From positions 1 to 34,010 of the forward strand of contig JAYZEG010000007.1 of assembly GCA_036337435.1 (NCBI GenBank): a DNA stretch of 34,010 nt, written 5' to 3'. The notes under the pieces are model-generated. The model made no database searches. It had not been told where the DNA came from and was given only the letters and a program-made list of their open reading frames with translations. Numbering within the stretch: position 1 is the first letter of the stretch; the number at the start of each line of letters is the position of its first letter. This DNA comes from Myxococcota bacterium (lineage in GTDB: Bacteria; Myxococcota_A; Bradymonadia; UBA7976; UBA1532). Below are positions 18,766 through 28,435 of this stretch, in pieces. Position numbers and translations under genes: made by a program.

Positions 18766-20676
18766 ATGGACTTAAAAATCATCCTCAGTCGCCTTGAGAG
18801 GCCGAGCAAAGCCCTCGTGACAGCGGGTATGCCGTATGCAAATGGACCACTCCATATCGGACACCTGGCTGGCGCGCAGCTGCCTGCCGACATCCATGCC
18901 CGTTGGATGGGTCTCCTGATCGGACGAGAGAATGTTTTGTATGTTTGTGGGACAGATGACCACGGCAGCACCAGTGAGCTGATCGCCATGAAGGCTGGCA
19001 TCGATGTATCCGATGCGATCGAGACGATCCATTCAGGCCAATCGGCGGTCATGGACCGCTTTGAAATCAGCCTCGATATTTATTCTGGCACGTCGAGGCC
19101 TGAGACCTTTCCCCGGCATTCTGCTCGCTCACAAGCGATGATGCAAAAGCTGTATGAAAACGGGCTCCTCCAAAAGCGGGTGAGCAAACATTGGTACGAC
19201 CCCGGCGTTGACCGTTTCTTACCCGACCGAATGGTGACGGGACGCTGTCCCAACCCCAAATGCAATAACCCAAACGCGTACAGCGATGAATGCGACGCCT
19301 GCGGCATGCAATACGACGCAGCCGAACTGCTCGAACCGAAGAGTGCCGTGAGCGATGCAACGCCAGAATTACGAGATTCTGCTCATCTTTGGTTGGACAT
19401 GTGGTCGGTTTCGCAATTGATGAAAGATTGGGTCGAGACGAAGAAAAAGGCCTGGCGTCCGATCGTTCTCCAGCAGGTACTGGACGATCTCCGACCGTCT
19501 CTAAAATTCTCGCAAACCCGAGAAACAGAGTACAAGACGATGGCTGGTGAGCTGCCGAAACATAAGAAGAAATACGCCCGAAACAAAGAGATGATGCTGC
19601 AGTTTGAATCGAAAGTGCATCTGACAGAAGCACGTCAAACACTGAGCGATGCTGGTATCGAGTCTGAGCTCGTAGATGGTTGGGCATATCGCTCAATTTC
19701 CCGGGACATTCCGTGGGGCATTCCGATGCCCCAAGTCGACCCAGACATCGTCAATAAGACGCTCTACGTTTGGCCAGATTCGCTCATTGCGCCCATTGCG
19801 TTTACGGAAGCTGCATTGGAGAAGCGGGGCTTGCCAACTGAGCAATACGCTCGTTATTGGCGGGATCCAAAAGCCTCGATTTATCAATTCCTTGGCCAAG
19901 ACAACGTGTTCTTCTACGTCTTGATGCAGGCTGCCATGTGGCTTGGCAGCCAGGACGACATCAATCGCTTACCAGTGGAGGGTGACCTCCAACTCAACGA
20001 CGTGTTCGGCTGTTTCCACTTGATGGTGGGTGGCCACAAGATGAGCAAAAGCCGGGGTAATTTCCTCACCGCCGAGCAGCTCCTTGACGAACACGGCTAC
20101 AGTGTCGACCAGGTACGTTACTATCTCGCTTTGCTCGGCTTAGGCGACAAGCCTGCTGATTTTGATTTCGAAAAGTTCGATTCGCGTAATGCATTTCTCG
20201 CCGGAAGAATGAATGCCGCATTCGAAAAACCGATCTCTGCCGCAAATTCTAAATTTGACGGATGCGTACCCGATGGGGTTTTGGTCGACAAAGTTGAGGC
20301 TGATACGTTTCGAATTGCCCAGCGGTACATCAAGTCCATGAAGCATGCCAACTATCCCAACCTTCTCTACGAGCTCGAGAACTACGCGCGCAAGATCAAT
20401 AGTCTCTTTACGAAATATAAACCCCATGACGATAGGCATCCTGAAGAACAGCGGAAAAATGCCCTCTTCAGTGCATTCTATTTGCTGAAGAATCTCATGA
20501 TTATGCTCTACCCTTTCGTCCCTGGTGCCATGACACGTTTGCGCGAATCACTCCGACTCCCAGAATCAGTCTTGAGCATCGATGAACTGGGCACTGGTAT
20601 TCCGGCTGGCCATCGTGTGGGTGAAAAGCAGGAGTACTTCCCGTCCGTGACAGTCGGTGAAGAACAGGCACCCTAA
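18766..20676 (+). CDS. metG: Methionyl-tRNA synthetase homologue (divergent; lacks the C-terminal tRNA-binding domain)
   Basis: PYANGPLHIGH, GTDDHG, FLPDR, CPxxxC..CxxC zinc knuckle, SISRD, YVW, KMSKS, RYYL. Specificity residues look atypical. Start likely ATG 18766. Confidence 0.82.
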   Translation: MDLKIILSRLERPSKALVTAGMPYANGPLHIGHLAGAQLPADIHARWMGLLIGRENVLYVCGTDDHGSTSELIAMKAGIDVSDAIETIHSGQSAVMDRFEISLDIYSGTSRPETFPRHSARSQAMMQKLYENGLLQKRVSKHWYDPGVDRFLPDRMVTGRCPNPKCNNPNAYSDECDACGMQYDAAELLEPKSAVSDATPELRDSAHLWLDMWSVSQLMKDWVETKKKAWRPIVLQQVLDDLRPSLKFSQTRETEYKTMAGELPKHKKKYARNKEMMLQFESKVHLTEARQTLSDAGIESELVDGWAYRSISRDIPWGIPMPQVDPDIVNKTLYVWPDSLIAPIAFTEAALEKRGLPTEQYARYWRDPKASIYQFLGQDNVFFYVLMQAAMWLGSQDDINRLPVEGDLQLNDVFGCFHLMVGGHKMSKSRGNFLTAEQLLDEHGYSVDQVRYYLALLGLGDKPADFDFEKFDSRNAFLAGRMNAAFEKPISAANSKFDGCVPDGVLVDKVEADTFRIAQRYIKSMKHANYPNLLYELENYARKINSLFTKYKPHDDRHPEEQRKNALFSAFYLLKNLMIMLYPFVPGAMTRLRESLRLPESVLSIDELGTGIPAGHRVGEKQEYFPSVTVGEEQAP

Positions 20677-20681
20677 CCCGT

Positions 20682-20703
20682 GGCTTGGGCGGCAGGCCGA
20701 GCC
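20682..20703. terminator. Possible hairpin between convergent genes
   Basis: ggcttgg...ccgagcc stem; no U-tract. Confidence 0.25.
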
Positions 20704-20719
20704 CGACCCGGGACACCCT

Positions 20720-23200
20720 CTAATCGGACGGGCTGTCTTGTCCCACGATACGGTTATTGATTTCAGCCGTGGGTCGGCACGGTTGACCGCGCAGAGATGG
20801 GCAACTTGGCCATCCAGCGGGTACGTCAACACCAGGAAGGCTCACCAAGGTTAGGCTCGATGCGTGCTCGCCACTCAATCCCAATTGGAAACGCGGCACG
20901 TCGTCGTAAGCAGGTGGCTGAAACTCCCACGTCCCGTGATCGCGACCCGGTGTACTGATGGTGATTCTCAAGGCAGAGCCGGCTCGGACCGCATGAGCGA
21001 ACGATGGGATGGCAAGTTGTGAGAAGGTCCAAATATTCGGCTCAAGCGGCTGAAAATCGGATTCGCTGAAAGAACGGGAAAGACGCAGGCCTGATGTCTC
21101 TCGTGCTTTTCGATGACTTAAGCGAAGCCACCCCGATTGAATCAAGACCTCATAGCCCATCGGCGTCACCTCGCTGAGCGTCGCTTGTACCGTCACATCG
21201 TCGACGGGGCTTTTTATCCAAAGGCCCACCAAACCTGGCCCAGCGATCACGGTCGCGGCGTCAAAAATCTCTGTTTGAAAACTGAGTGATTGACCCGGTG
21301 CAAATCGGGTCCAGTCTGTATTCCAAACGGGCACCAGCAGCCGATAACCGTCCTCCCCAAAGAAATCAACGGTGCCCGCATTTGGGTCAAATTGCCATTC
21401 TGCCGCACTCAGAAGGCCATCGACGACCGGCGTGTCGTCCAACCGGCCAGATGCATTCATAAACCAACGGACAGACTCAGCATCGGGTGCGGGCCATCGC
21501 TCAAACTCTGCGACAAAGCGGGCAACAGGTGCTCCCGTTTGTTCACCACCGAACCCATTCTCAAATAAAACACGAATCGAAGACTCATTCTCGTAAGCAG
21601 CAAGCGCGCTGTCATAGTCTGGATAGGCAATAAATCGATCGGGTTCGAACTCAGCCGAATCCATTCCAAAGCTATTGCCGAATTCCGTTGCACCAACAGT
21701 TCGCATGAGTGGATGCAACTCGGGAATCCGACCCGCAACATAAAATTCTAAGAACTCGAACCAACGGGACACATATTGCGGTGCAAAGCCGTCGGGATGT
21801 CGGCCGTTGCCGATCATCGCCTTCAACGAGCGAGTGTTGATGAAGTTGTCCAGCATATCGCCAAATTGGGCTCCTGTCTGTTCGTCTTGAAAGAGTCCCC
21901 CCAGGAACACGGGGGCTTTAACCTGTGCGACCAATCGCCGAAGATCTCGATCGTCCGCTCTGGTTGGGCGAAAGGCCATAGTTCGTAAGATCGATTCAAA
22001 ATCCAGGCTGTGGACCGACAGAGTTTGATTGTTTGCACAAATCTCATCGCCTTGATCGATGCGATTCCGAACCCAACTGGCACCGCCGGCAGCCGCATCG
22101 GATTCTCGAGCTTCAACCCATTGTCGAGTAAACCCAGCATTGTAAATGCCTCCGGGCCACTGCATTTCCCAGGCATCCGCAATCGTCGATAGGGGGACAA
22201 CAGCAGCCAATGAGGGTGGATTGGTCGATGCCACATAAAGCTGCGAGATCCCTGGATAAGATAATCCAACCATGCCCACCTTGTGATTGAGCACCCATGG
22301 TTGGCGCGCAATGGTTTCGATCACATCGTATCCATCGGCATGCTGGGCTCGATTGAAAAAGTCAAAGACGCCACCAGAGCATCCGGTCCCGCGCATATTC
22401 ACGCTGACAGTTGCATAGCCGAGCGCATTGGCAATCCGCGTTCCTGCATCCATCCGATTTGGGCGACTGGGTGCGTAACCAGAGTATTCAACAACAGTCG
22501 GATAGGGTCCATCGCCGTAGAGAACTGGGTCCGGAAGCCGAACCATGGCGCTCAAGGTCACACCATCGCGCATGGTGATGTATTGAAATCCTTGCTCTAA
22601 ATCCTCGGACGCGCCGGTAATCGGTGAATGAGTCACGCCACGTAATCGTTGATTTGAATACAGTTCAGTATCGGGTATGTCGTCTATAGCAAGCACTTCA
22701 AAACGGTCTGACCATCCCCAAGGCTCGGTTGCTTCGTCTCGAATGATGTAACGGACTCCGGATTCGAGGATAGCCCCATTAGCGAGGGAAATCCCCATTC
22801 CATTGACCGGGTCTAGAACACCAAACTCGGCGGGAATATAGGCAAAGTGCGCTTGACCTAGGGGGTCTGCAACCATGCTCACCAGTTCATCGGTGTCGTC
22901 GCGGAGAAGCGTCAGTGTAGAACCCGGTACTGCACCAAATACAGTCACAGCTTCCACCCCAACCCGGAGTTGAATATGAGAGCTGGGTCCGGGAAGTGGA
23001 GCAGCATCGACGGGAGGGGGTTCAAAATCGATTTGAGGGCCAGCGTCTGCATGGGCATCGGCATCAAGACCATCCGGATTATCCGATTCGTCGCCTGCAT
23101 CCATGCTCATTTCGGCCTGAAGCAGTTGCTCGGACCCGGGGTCTGCATCACATCCAAAAGCAATGATAAGAATCATACCTACGAGGCTTTTCTTGGTCAC
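20720..23200 (-). CDS. CocE/NonD (peptidase S15) family hydrolase lipoprotein
   Basis: MRDGVTL, NMRGTGCSGG, DGYDVIE, GLSYPG nucleophile, C-terminal PepX-like domain (AHAVRAGSALRI). Lipobox AFGC. GTG 23200 with GGAG SD. Confidence 0.88.
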   Translation of the reverse strand: MTKKSLVGMILIIAFGCDADPGSEQLLQAEMSMDAGDESDNPDGLDADAHADAGPQIDFEPPPVDAAPLPGPSSHIQLRVGVEAVTVFGAVPGSTLTLLRDDTDELVSMVADPLGQAHFAYIPAEFGVLDPVNGMGISLANGAILESGVRYIIRDEATEPWGWSDRFEVLAIDDIPDTELYSNQRLRGVTHSPITGASEDLEQGFQYITMRDGVTLSAMVRLPDPVLYGDGPYPTVVEYSGYAPSRPNRMDAGTRIANALGYATVSVNMRGTGCSGGVFDFFNRAQHADGYDVIETIARQPWVLNHKVGMVGLSYPGISQLYVASTNPPSLAAVVPLSTIADAWEMQWPGGIYNAGFTRQWVEARESDAAAGGASWVRNRIDQGDEICANNQTLSVHSLDFESILRTMAFRPTRADDRDLRRLVAQVKAPVFLGGLFQDEQTGAQFGDMLDNFINTRSLKAMIGNGRHPDGFAPQYVSRWFEFLEFYVAGRIPELHPLMRTVGATEFGNSFGMDSAEFEPDRFIAYPDYDSALAAYENESSIRVLFENGFGGEQTGAPVARFVAEFERWPAPDAESVRWFMNASGRLDDTPVVDGLLSAAEWQFDPNAGTVDFFGEDGYRLLVPVWNTDWTRFAPGQSLSFQTEIFDAATVIAGPGLVGLWIKSPVDDVTVQATLSEVTPMGYEVLIQSGWLRLSHRKARETSGLRLSRSFSESDFQPLEPNIWTFSQLAIPSFAHAVRAGSALRITISTPGRDHGTWEFQPPAYDDVPRFQLGLSGEHASSLTLVSLPGVDVPAGWPSCPSLRGQPCRPTAEINNRIVGQDSPSD

Positions 23201-23445
23201 AAGGTCTATCTCCACACATCAGATGTTCGACAGTATCCCGAACCAACCCAAGATTTCACGGTCTGTTTTAAGTCGCGACGTAATCGACGGCAGCCCAATG
23301 GGCTAAACGCACACGAGATGGCCTCAATTTGTCTTGAAAGTTCAAAGCCAGACCCTGAGGATAGATGAGACAAGCCTCATATGCTCGGTGACACAACCGA
23401 GCCTCAATGGCTTTTTGACAGTCAAAAACAAAACCGAAAACACTC

Positions 23446-23823
23446 ATGATGAAACGCCATTACACCTGGACAAAACGTATCCCATTCATATTGGCCTGTT
23501 TGTTTATGATGGTGACGATTGGGCTGACAGCCCGCTGGAGCAGCATTTCCCTGGTCTGGGCAAGCCTGCTTGGGGTCAATATCGTGACCGCCGCTGCCTT
23601 TAGTTACGACAAGCTCGTCGCAGGCGGGGATTTGACTCGAGTGCCCGAACGTGTGCTGTTAACTCTGTGTTTAATCGGGGGCATCATCGGCGGTGGTGCC
23701 AGTATGTTGTTCCTGCGTCATAAAACATCGAAGCCACGTTTTCGAAACATGGTCATCGGCATCGCTGTTGTTCAATTATTGGCGTGTATCGGCCTATTCA
23801 CCTTGAGCAGCCCGTTCGCGTAA
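23446..23823 (+). CDS. DUF1294 family membrane protein
   Basis: YDK..A....RVPERVL....GG..G....FLRHKTSKPRF signature. Confidence 0.85.
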   Translation: MMKRHYTWTKRIPFILACLFMMVTIGLTARWSSISLVWASLLGVNIVTAAAFSYDKLVAGGDLTRVPERVLLTLCLIGGIIGGGASMLFLRHKTSKPRFRNMVIGIAVVQLLACIGLFTLSSPFA

Positions 23824-26800
23824 ATCGCGTCTCAGCATTTGATGTTCCACCAACACACCATCGGGTTCGTTGCCGCGCCAAAACTGAACCCAACTGCTCC
23901 ATTGCAAGGATTTCCGACTGAAGAATAATTCGCCTGTCTTTTCGAATAGGCCAGGGTTCGGACCACCGCTGCTTGCTGTTCTTAGGTCAAAAACAGCCGC
24001 TTTCTCTGCCGATTCCGGACGCCACATGACAACTTGCCCTCGGCGAATATCATAGGCATCGTCTAAGCCTAATTCGTGCTCTAAATGTTCCCTAACCAAA
24101 TCAACACCAGCCAGTTTATAATAGCCGGTCAAGGCCGCTGTAAACCAGCCTGTGCCCGGGCCGTCTAGGGTTCCCACCCATCCGGGCTGCAAAATACCAA
24201 CGACCAGCCAACCCGACTTTTCTTCGAAAGCCACCTGGAAGGGCTTTTCGTCCGGTCCACGAGCAATTTCCACAGTGATTCGACGACTGCTGAGCCCAAT
24301 TTTGCTGATCTTGGTTCGCCAGAGAGCAGGACTCGGTGCCATCGATAAAGACTTGAGCAGAAAACGCTCAGTGAAGCGCCGAATCGCCGCTTCTACATGG
24401 TGCAGCCCATCTTCAAATTTAATCCTCTTTTTTGATTGTTCAAGACTCTGCGCTCGGCGCAGTTTTTGGTAGAGACTGGGCAGGGTTCCAGAGTGGAATC
24501 CAGGTTTCATAAAACGAAGCATTGTTTCGCTGTGATCGCCGATAATCTCGGTTTTGAACCCGCCACCTTGGTTGGCCTGATACAGGCGCCAATTACTCTT
24601 GAATTCCCAAACGAGAAACCCGAAAACGCCGGGGAGCAGAACGACGGTTGCCGTAGCGACCGCATTGCCGATAACCACGCCGAACACGGGAACTAACGGG
24701 GTTGCGAACAAAGTGATCAAGGTTTTAGTTAGGGGTAGAATAATCTTGTGACTCACGGTCACAACGGGAAAATGCTTGATTGGATTGACCTGCGGTTCAA
24801 CCAACAAATTGATGTAAATCCTAATCAAATAGGTACAGACAAACCAAGGGATGTTGAGCATCAATTTGACGATGAAAACAGCTCGATTTTCGCCACTTCG
24901 CAGGCGTAACCACTCATCGACGCCGTATATGGCCCGTTCCATGTACTCAATCATTTTATTGAAGACGAGCATCACGATCTCAAAAGCACCCGGCAAAACT
25001 CGGAAGCGAACGGCCCGCCAACTGCGTATGTAAACCTCAGCCAGAACTTCCTCAAACCATCGCCATGGCCCCGAGTTCAACACGAGATTACTGATCATGA
25101 AGAGCAAGCCCAGAACGAGCTGATTCGATAGCCCAAATAGTGGGAAGACCCTGATAATCAGCCATACGCAGGCCGTTGCAATAGACGGTTTGATGAAATA
25201 GCGAACGGTCCATTCGTAAACGGAATGCCGCCGAATCCGTCTGACCCATTCTAAGTTAAAGAGTAAACTTGGACCATCAAACAGTAAGAATTTGAACCAT
25301 TTCCAGACCGTTTTCAGACTCTCATGTACAAACCGCCGAAATGGAGGTGAGTGAATCAGCCCACCGAGTAGAAAGCCCGTGCCAATCACACTTGTGAGGC
25401 TCACAACAGACATGGGTTGGCTGGCAAATTTATTGATCCCCACCATGATTGAATGTTCTAGGCCCTCGAGGACGACAAATGCACCTCCGAAGGGCAGAAC
25501 AGCATACAGGGTAAGTAAGCGTCCCAAGGGCGTTCCGAATCCCAGAGAACTCAGACGTTGCAAAAATCGCATGTAGATTTCACCGCGCCTGTACACGCCC
25601 GGTAGGGCGTCGGCTAAAAAGGCGTCGGCTTGTAGCAATTTATCGCCTTGAAAGAATTCACTCACCCCTGACACGTCGGCCATTTTGAGGTCGTTGAGGG
25701 CAATCACATCGCGCAAATCACCGATGTTAATGAAGCCTCGATTGCAAATTCTGTCCAAAAGTTCTTCAACCAACTTCGCCCATTCAATGGACTCTGCACG
25801 ATTCGTTGGAATCATATGCGCGGACTCCAGAGCCCCGCTGATGAGCGTTCTGAAGTCATCCCTCAAACGGGACTCACAGAGCACTTCGATCGCCCCTAGC
25901 TCAGCCTGTAAAGTCTTCATTTCCAGTTCATTGAGACGCGACTTGCTCACGCGCTTAATCGCACCGCGTACCCGACGCAGGACCTGGACCCGACGCTGCT
26001 CGCGGAGTTCTTGTACAAGCTCGTTTTTGCCTAACGACTTCATCCACCGAAGCGGTGCAAGTTGATGTGATGTCTCTTCTGCGGCAATGCAGGCGCGTTC
26101 AAGATCTGACAGAAGTCGGGCTTCAACGTTAAAGCGGCGTTTTTCGCAAAATGCGAGGAGTGGTCGGAGTGCGCTGGCAAGCCTCTCGACGCTCGATGTT
26201 CGGCAATCTGTCGCGTCTATCAGCCGCGTAGCCAGCTGCAAAAGTGCATCGCGTGCATGGGCCAAATCGGCATCGCCATCCCGACCCTGTGCCCGAGCTG
26301 CCGTCGCAAACAAAATGGCTGTACGAGCGGAGTTGCCTTTTTCTGACAAGGTGCGGGCCATCGCTCGGAGAGAGGTCGCTGTCGCCAGAGACACCGATGA
26401 TGTCGTCTCAGCCGCAGACTGAATCGGCATCGTTTGCATTTCAGCAAGCGGTCGTAATCCACTGCACGATGCAGGCCGAGCGTCCTCCAACAAACCATCG
26501 AGATCGACCTGCTGATGAACCAGGATTTCAATGTGCGGGTGATCTGCATGATGGGGAAACATGGACTCAAAGCTGTCAGGGTCAAAAATCTGTAAGGTCA
26601 GATAAGAGGCGACAAACTCTCGAAAAATAGCTGGGTCATCGTAGGGGTCTACGACAAGGCCTTGGTGGTGAATGGTCGCACGGATCTCATCGAATTGAGT
26701 CTGCCCAATTTGGTTGATTAGGTTCCAAATCAGCTGCTCACTCAGCTCACCGCGACGATGGCGTTCGCTGAGTTCCAGACTGATGCAGGCGTTGAAGAGT

Positions 26801-27162
26801 GAACGCCACAACCAGCGCCCGAGAGCCTTTCTACTGCGATGCCTCAACTCGTGATTGGGCGGCTCCAGAATGAGAATGACGCGGTCAGATGGGGCCAAAT
26901 CCATGTCATCGAACGCCGGCGTGTCAATTGCATCGTTCAAGTCTGCAAGTTGAATGATATGACAGTTCTTATTCAGGCTATCAGGCCCTGTGGTTCTATC
27001 CTTTAATTGCTTCTTAATGACCCGCCGAAAGAGTCGGCGCGATAGCAACAGTGCACGGGGATGAGTGTCGCTCAACTCAGTCTTAAGTTCATCGACGAGG
27101 TTGATCCGTTCCTGCGGACTTCGAGTCTGCTTTTCAGTTTCGTCCACGGCGACGACCATCAC
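23794..27162 (-). CDS. Large uncharacterised integral membrane protein
   Basis: 1122-aa ORF: helical N-terminal half, several hydrophobic segments, conserved-looking EPQVNPIKHFPVVTVSHK and PGFHSGTLP. GGAG SD. Confidence 0.8.
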   Translation of the reverse strand: MMVVAVDETEKQTRSPQERINLVDELKTELSDTHPRALLLSRRLFRRVIKKQLKDRTTGPDSLNKNCHIIQLADLNDAIDTPAFDDMDLAPSDRVILILEPPNHELRHRSRKALGRWLWRSLFNACISLELSERHRRGELSEQLIWNLINQIGQTQFDEIRATIHHQGLVVDPYDDPAIFREFVASYLTLQIFDPDSFESMFPHHADHPHIEILVHQQVDLDGLLEDARPASCSGLRPLAEMQTMPIQSAAETTSSVSLATATSLRAMARTLSEKGNSARTAILFATAARAQGRDGDADLAHARDALLQLATRLIDATDCRTSSVERLASALRPLLAFCEKRRFNVEARLLSDLERACIAAEETSHQLAPLRWMKSLGKNELVQELREQRRVQVLRRVRGAIKRVSKSRLNELEMKTLQAELGAIEVLCESRLRDDFRTLISGALESAHMIPTNRAESIEWAKLVEELLDRICNRGFINIGDLRDVIALNDLKMADVSGVSEFFQGDKLLQADAFLADALPGVYRRGEIYMRFLQRLSSLGFGTPLGRLLTLYAVLPFGGAFVVLEGLEHSIMVGINKFASQPMSVVSLTSVIGTGFLLGGLIHSPPFRRFVHESLKTVWKWFKFLLFDGPSLLFNLEWVRRIRRHSVYEWTVRYFIKPSIATACVWLIIRVFPLFGLSNQLVLGLLFMISNLVLNSGPWRWFEEVLAEVYIRSWRAVRFRVLPGAFEIVMLVFNKMIEYMERAIYGVDEWLRLRSGENRAVFIVKLMLNIPWFVCTYLIRIYINLLVEPQVNPIKHFPVVTVSHKIILPLTKTLITLFATPLVPVFGVVIGNAVATATVVLLPGVFGFLVWEFKSNWRLYQANQGGGFKTEIIGDHSETMLRFMKPGFHSGTLPSLYQKLRRAQSLEQSKKRIKFEDGLHHVEAAIRRFTERFLLKSLSMAPSPALWRTKISKIGLSSRRITVEIARGPDEKPFQVAFEEKSGWLVVGILQPGWVGTLDGPGTGWFTAALTGYYKLAGVDLVREHLEHELGLDDAYDIRRGQVVMWRPESAEKAAVFDLRTASSGGPNPGLFEKTGELFFSRKSLQWSSWVQFWRGNEPDGVLVEHQMLRRDLRERAAQGE

Positions 27163-27187
27163 CTACGCTCCATTGACACTGCGCTCT

Positions 27188-28153
27188 TCATTCAACCCCA
27201 GGCTGCAGGCTCACTTCGATGGTCATAATCGAGCTGCCCCTGAGTACAAACCGTTTGCTGCTTTGTAAGGACCGTGCCTGATAAGGCAAGTTTACAGCAC
27301 CAATTTTGTCGTCGTGTCGAACATCACGGTCGACGAGTTTAAGACCGACGCTTTGCCCAGCAGGCCATTGGAAAGGTTGAGACGCAAAACCCCGCTCGTC
27401 GAATGTCATGGCGTAGACGTCGTCATACTTCGGACTGATGAGGAGCATTTTATCCCCACACCAGGCACTGACTTGCAGATCTGGGGGGCCTCCAAAGAGG
27501 TCCCAGGGCTTCCCGTTCAGCTTTGACTCTGCAACATTAAATTTATGAATAACCAAACGAAACCACCTCGTCGCTGATGGGGTTTCAACGGGCACGATTT
27601 GGCTGTCTTTTGCGAGCACTGCCGCCGGTCGCGTTGGGGTGGTTGATTCACCCATTGCCGATGCGGTTTGATTCACCTGGTCGTGACCCTCGTCCTTGGC
27701 TTTGAGCGGTTTACGCTGAACCGGTTCACTCACGGTCGTCTGTTGTCTTTCGTCCAGTTGTTTAGGCGATGACCAGCTGCGCTTCAACACCGCATCCCAC
27801 TGGATGAGCTGACCAGGGGGCTGTCCTGGTGCCAAGTGTAATTGCTTTTCGTTTGAACCCAATGCGCTCTCTTCAACCCAGGCTCTGAGCCGAGTATCGA
27901 CGAAGGGTCTGTTTTTTAGGTCCATTCTAAGTGTGATCAAAACGCCCTCGTCCTTTAAGGAGGCTGCGATGACTTTGCCCACTTTAAGGCCTCGCATGAC
28001 GACGGCATCATCCACATCGAGGCCCGCGGCGTCGGACACCAGTAAACTAAACTCAAAGGGTTCATTTTCAGGAAGGGTGGATATGAAATAACCGAATGCG
28101 ATGAGACAACCCACAGCGGTGACAATCATCATCAACTTACGGATGTCCTTCAA
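27188..28153 (-). CDS. MCE/MlaD domain protein with C-terminal C2-like domain
   Basis: N-terminal TM helix; DAAGL....VVMRGLKVGKV...LG....LHLAPG (MCE signature); C-terminal WD...PDLQV...DRDVRHDDKIG. Probable TTG start at 28153 with GGGGAG SD. Confidence 0.78.
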   Translation of the reverse strand: MKDIRKLMMIVTAVGCLIAFGYFISTLPENEPFEFSLLVSDAAGLDVDDAVVMRGLKVGKVIAASLKDEGVLITLRMDLKNRPFVDTRLRAWVEESALGSNEKQLHLAPGQPPGQLIQWDAVLKRSWSSPKQLDERQQTTVSEPVQRKPLKAKDEGHDQVNQTASAMGESTTPTRPAAVLAKDSQIVPVETPSATRWFRLVIHKFNVAESKLNGKPWDLFGGPPDLQVSAWCGDKMLLISPKYDDVYAMTFDERGFASQPFQWPAGQSVGLKLVDRDVRHDDKIGAVNLPYQARSLQSSKRFVLRGSSIMTIEVSLQPGVE

Positions 28154-28435
28154 AGTCGGTCTCCCCTTACCTCTGCAGCCCGTCGCATGCACCTGCGATG
28201 TCTCGATTGACCGGTCGAACGTGAACTCTCGGCCGGCCTGTTAAAATAAAGCCATCGCACTGTCATTTATTCCATACAATAAAGCCAATCCATTAAGATT
28301 TGCAGCGTCAAATGTTTCTCGGGGCCATTTGCACTTATGCCGAGTTGATGAATGGACGACAACTGGGTTTCATTTTTACCAAAGGCGGTCGGTTATGATA
28401 GCGTATCGGCGATCAAAAGAACCAATAGGATGGCA

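Noticed and set aside
15209..20676. DTW enzyme and divergent MetRS as one tRNA-related system
   Set aside because: Opposite strands and separated by two unrelated lipoprotein genes; no evidence of linkage without synteny data.
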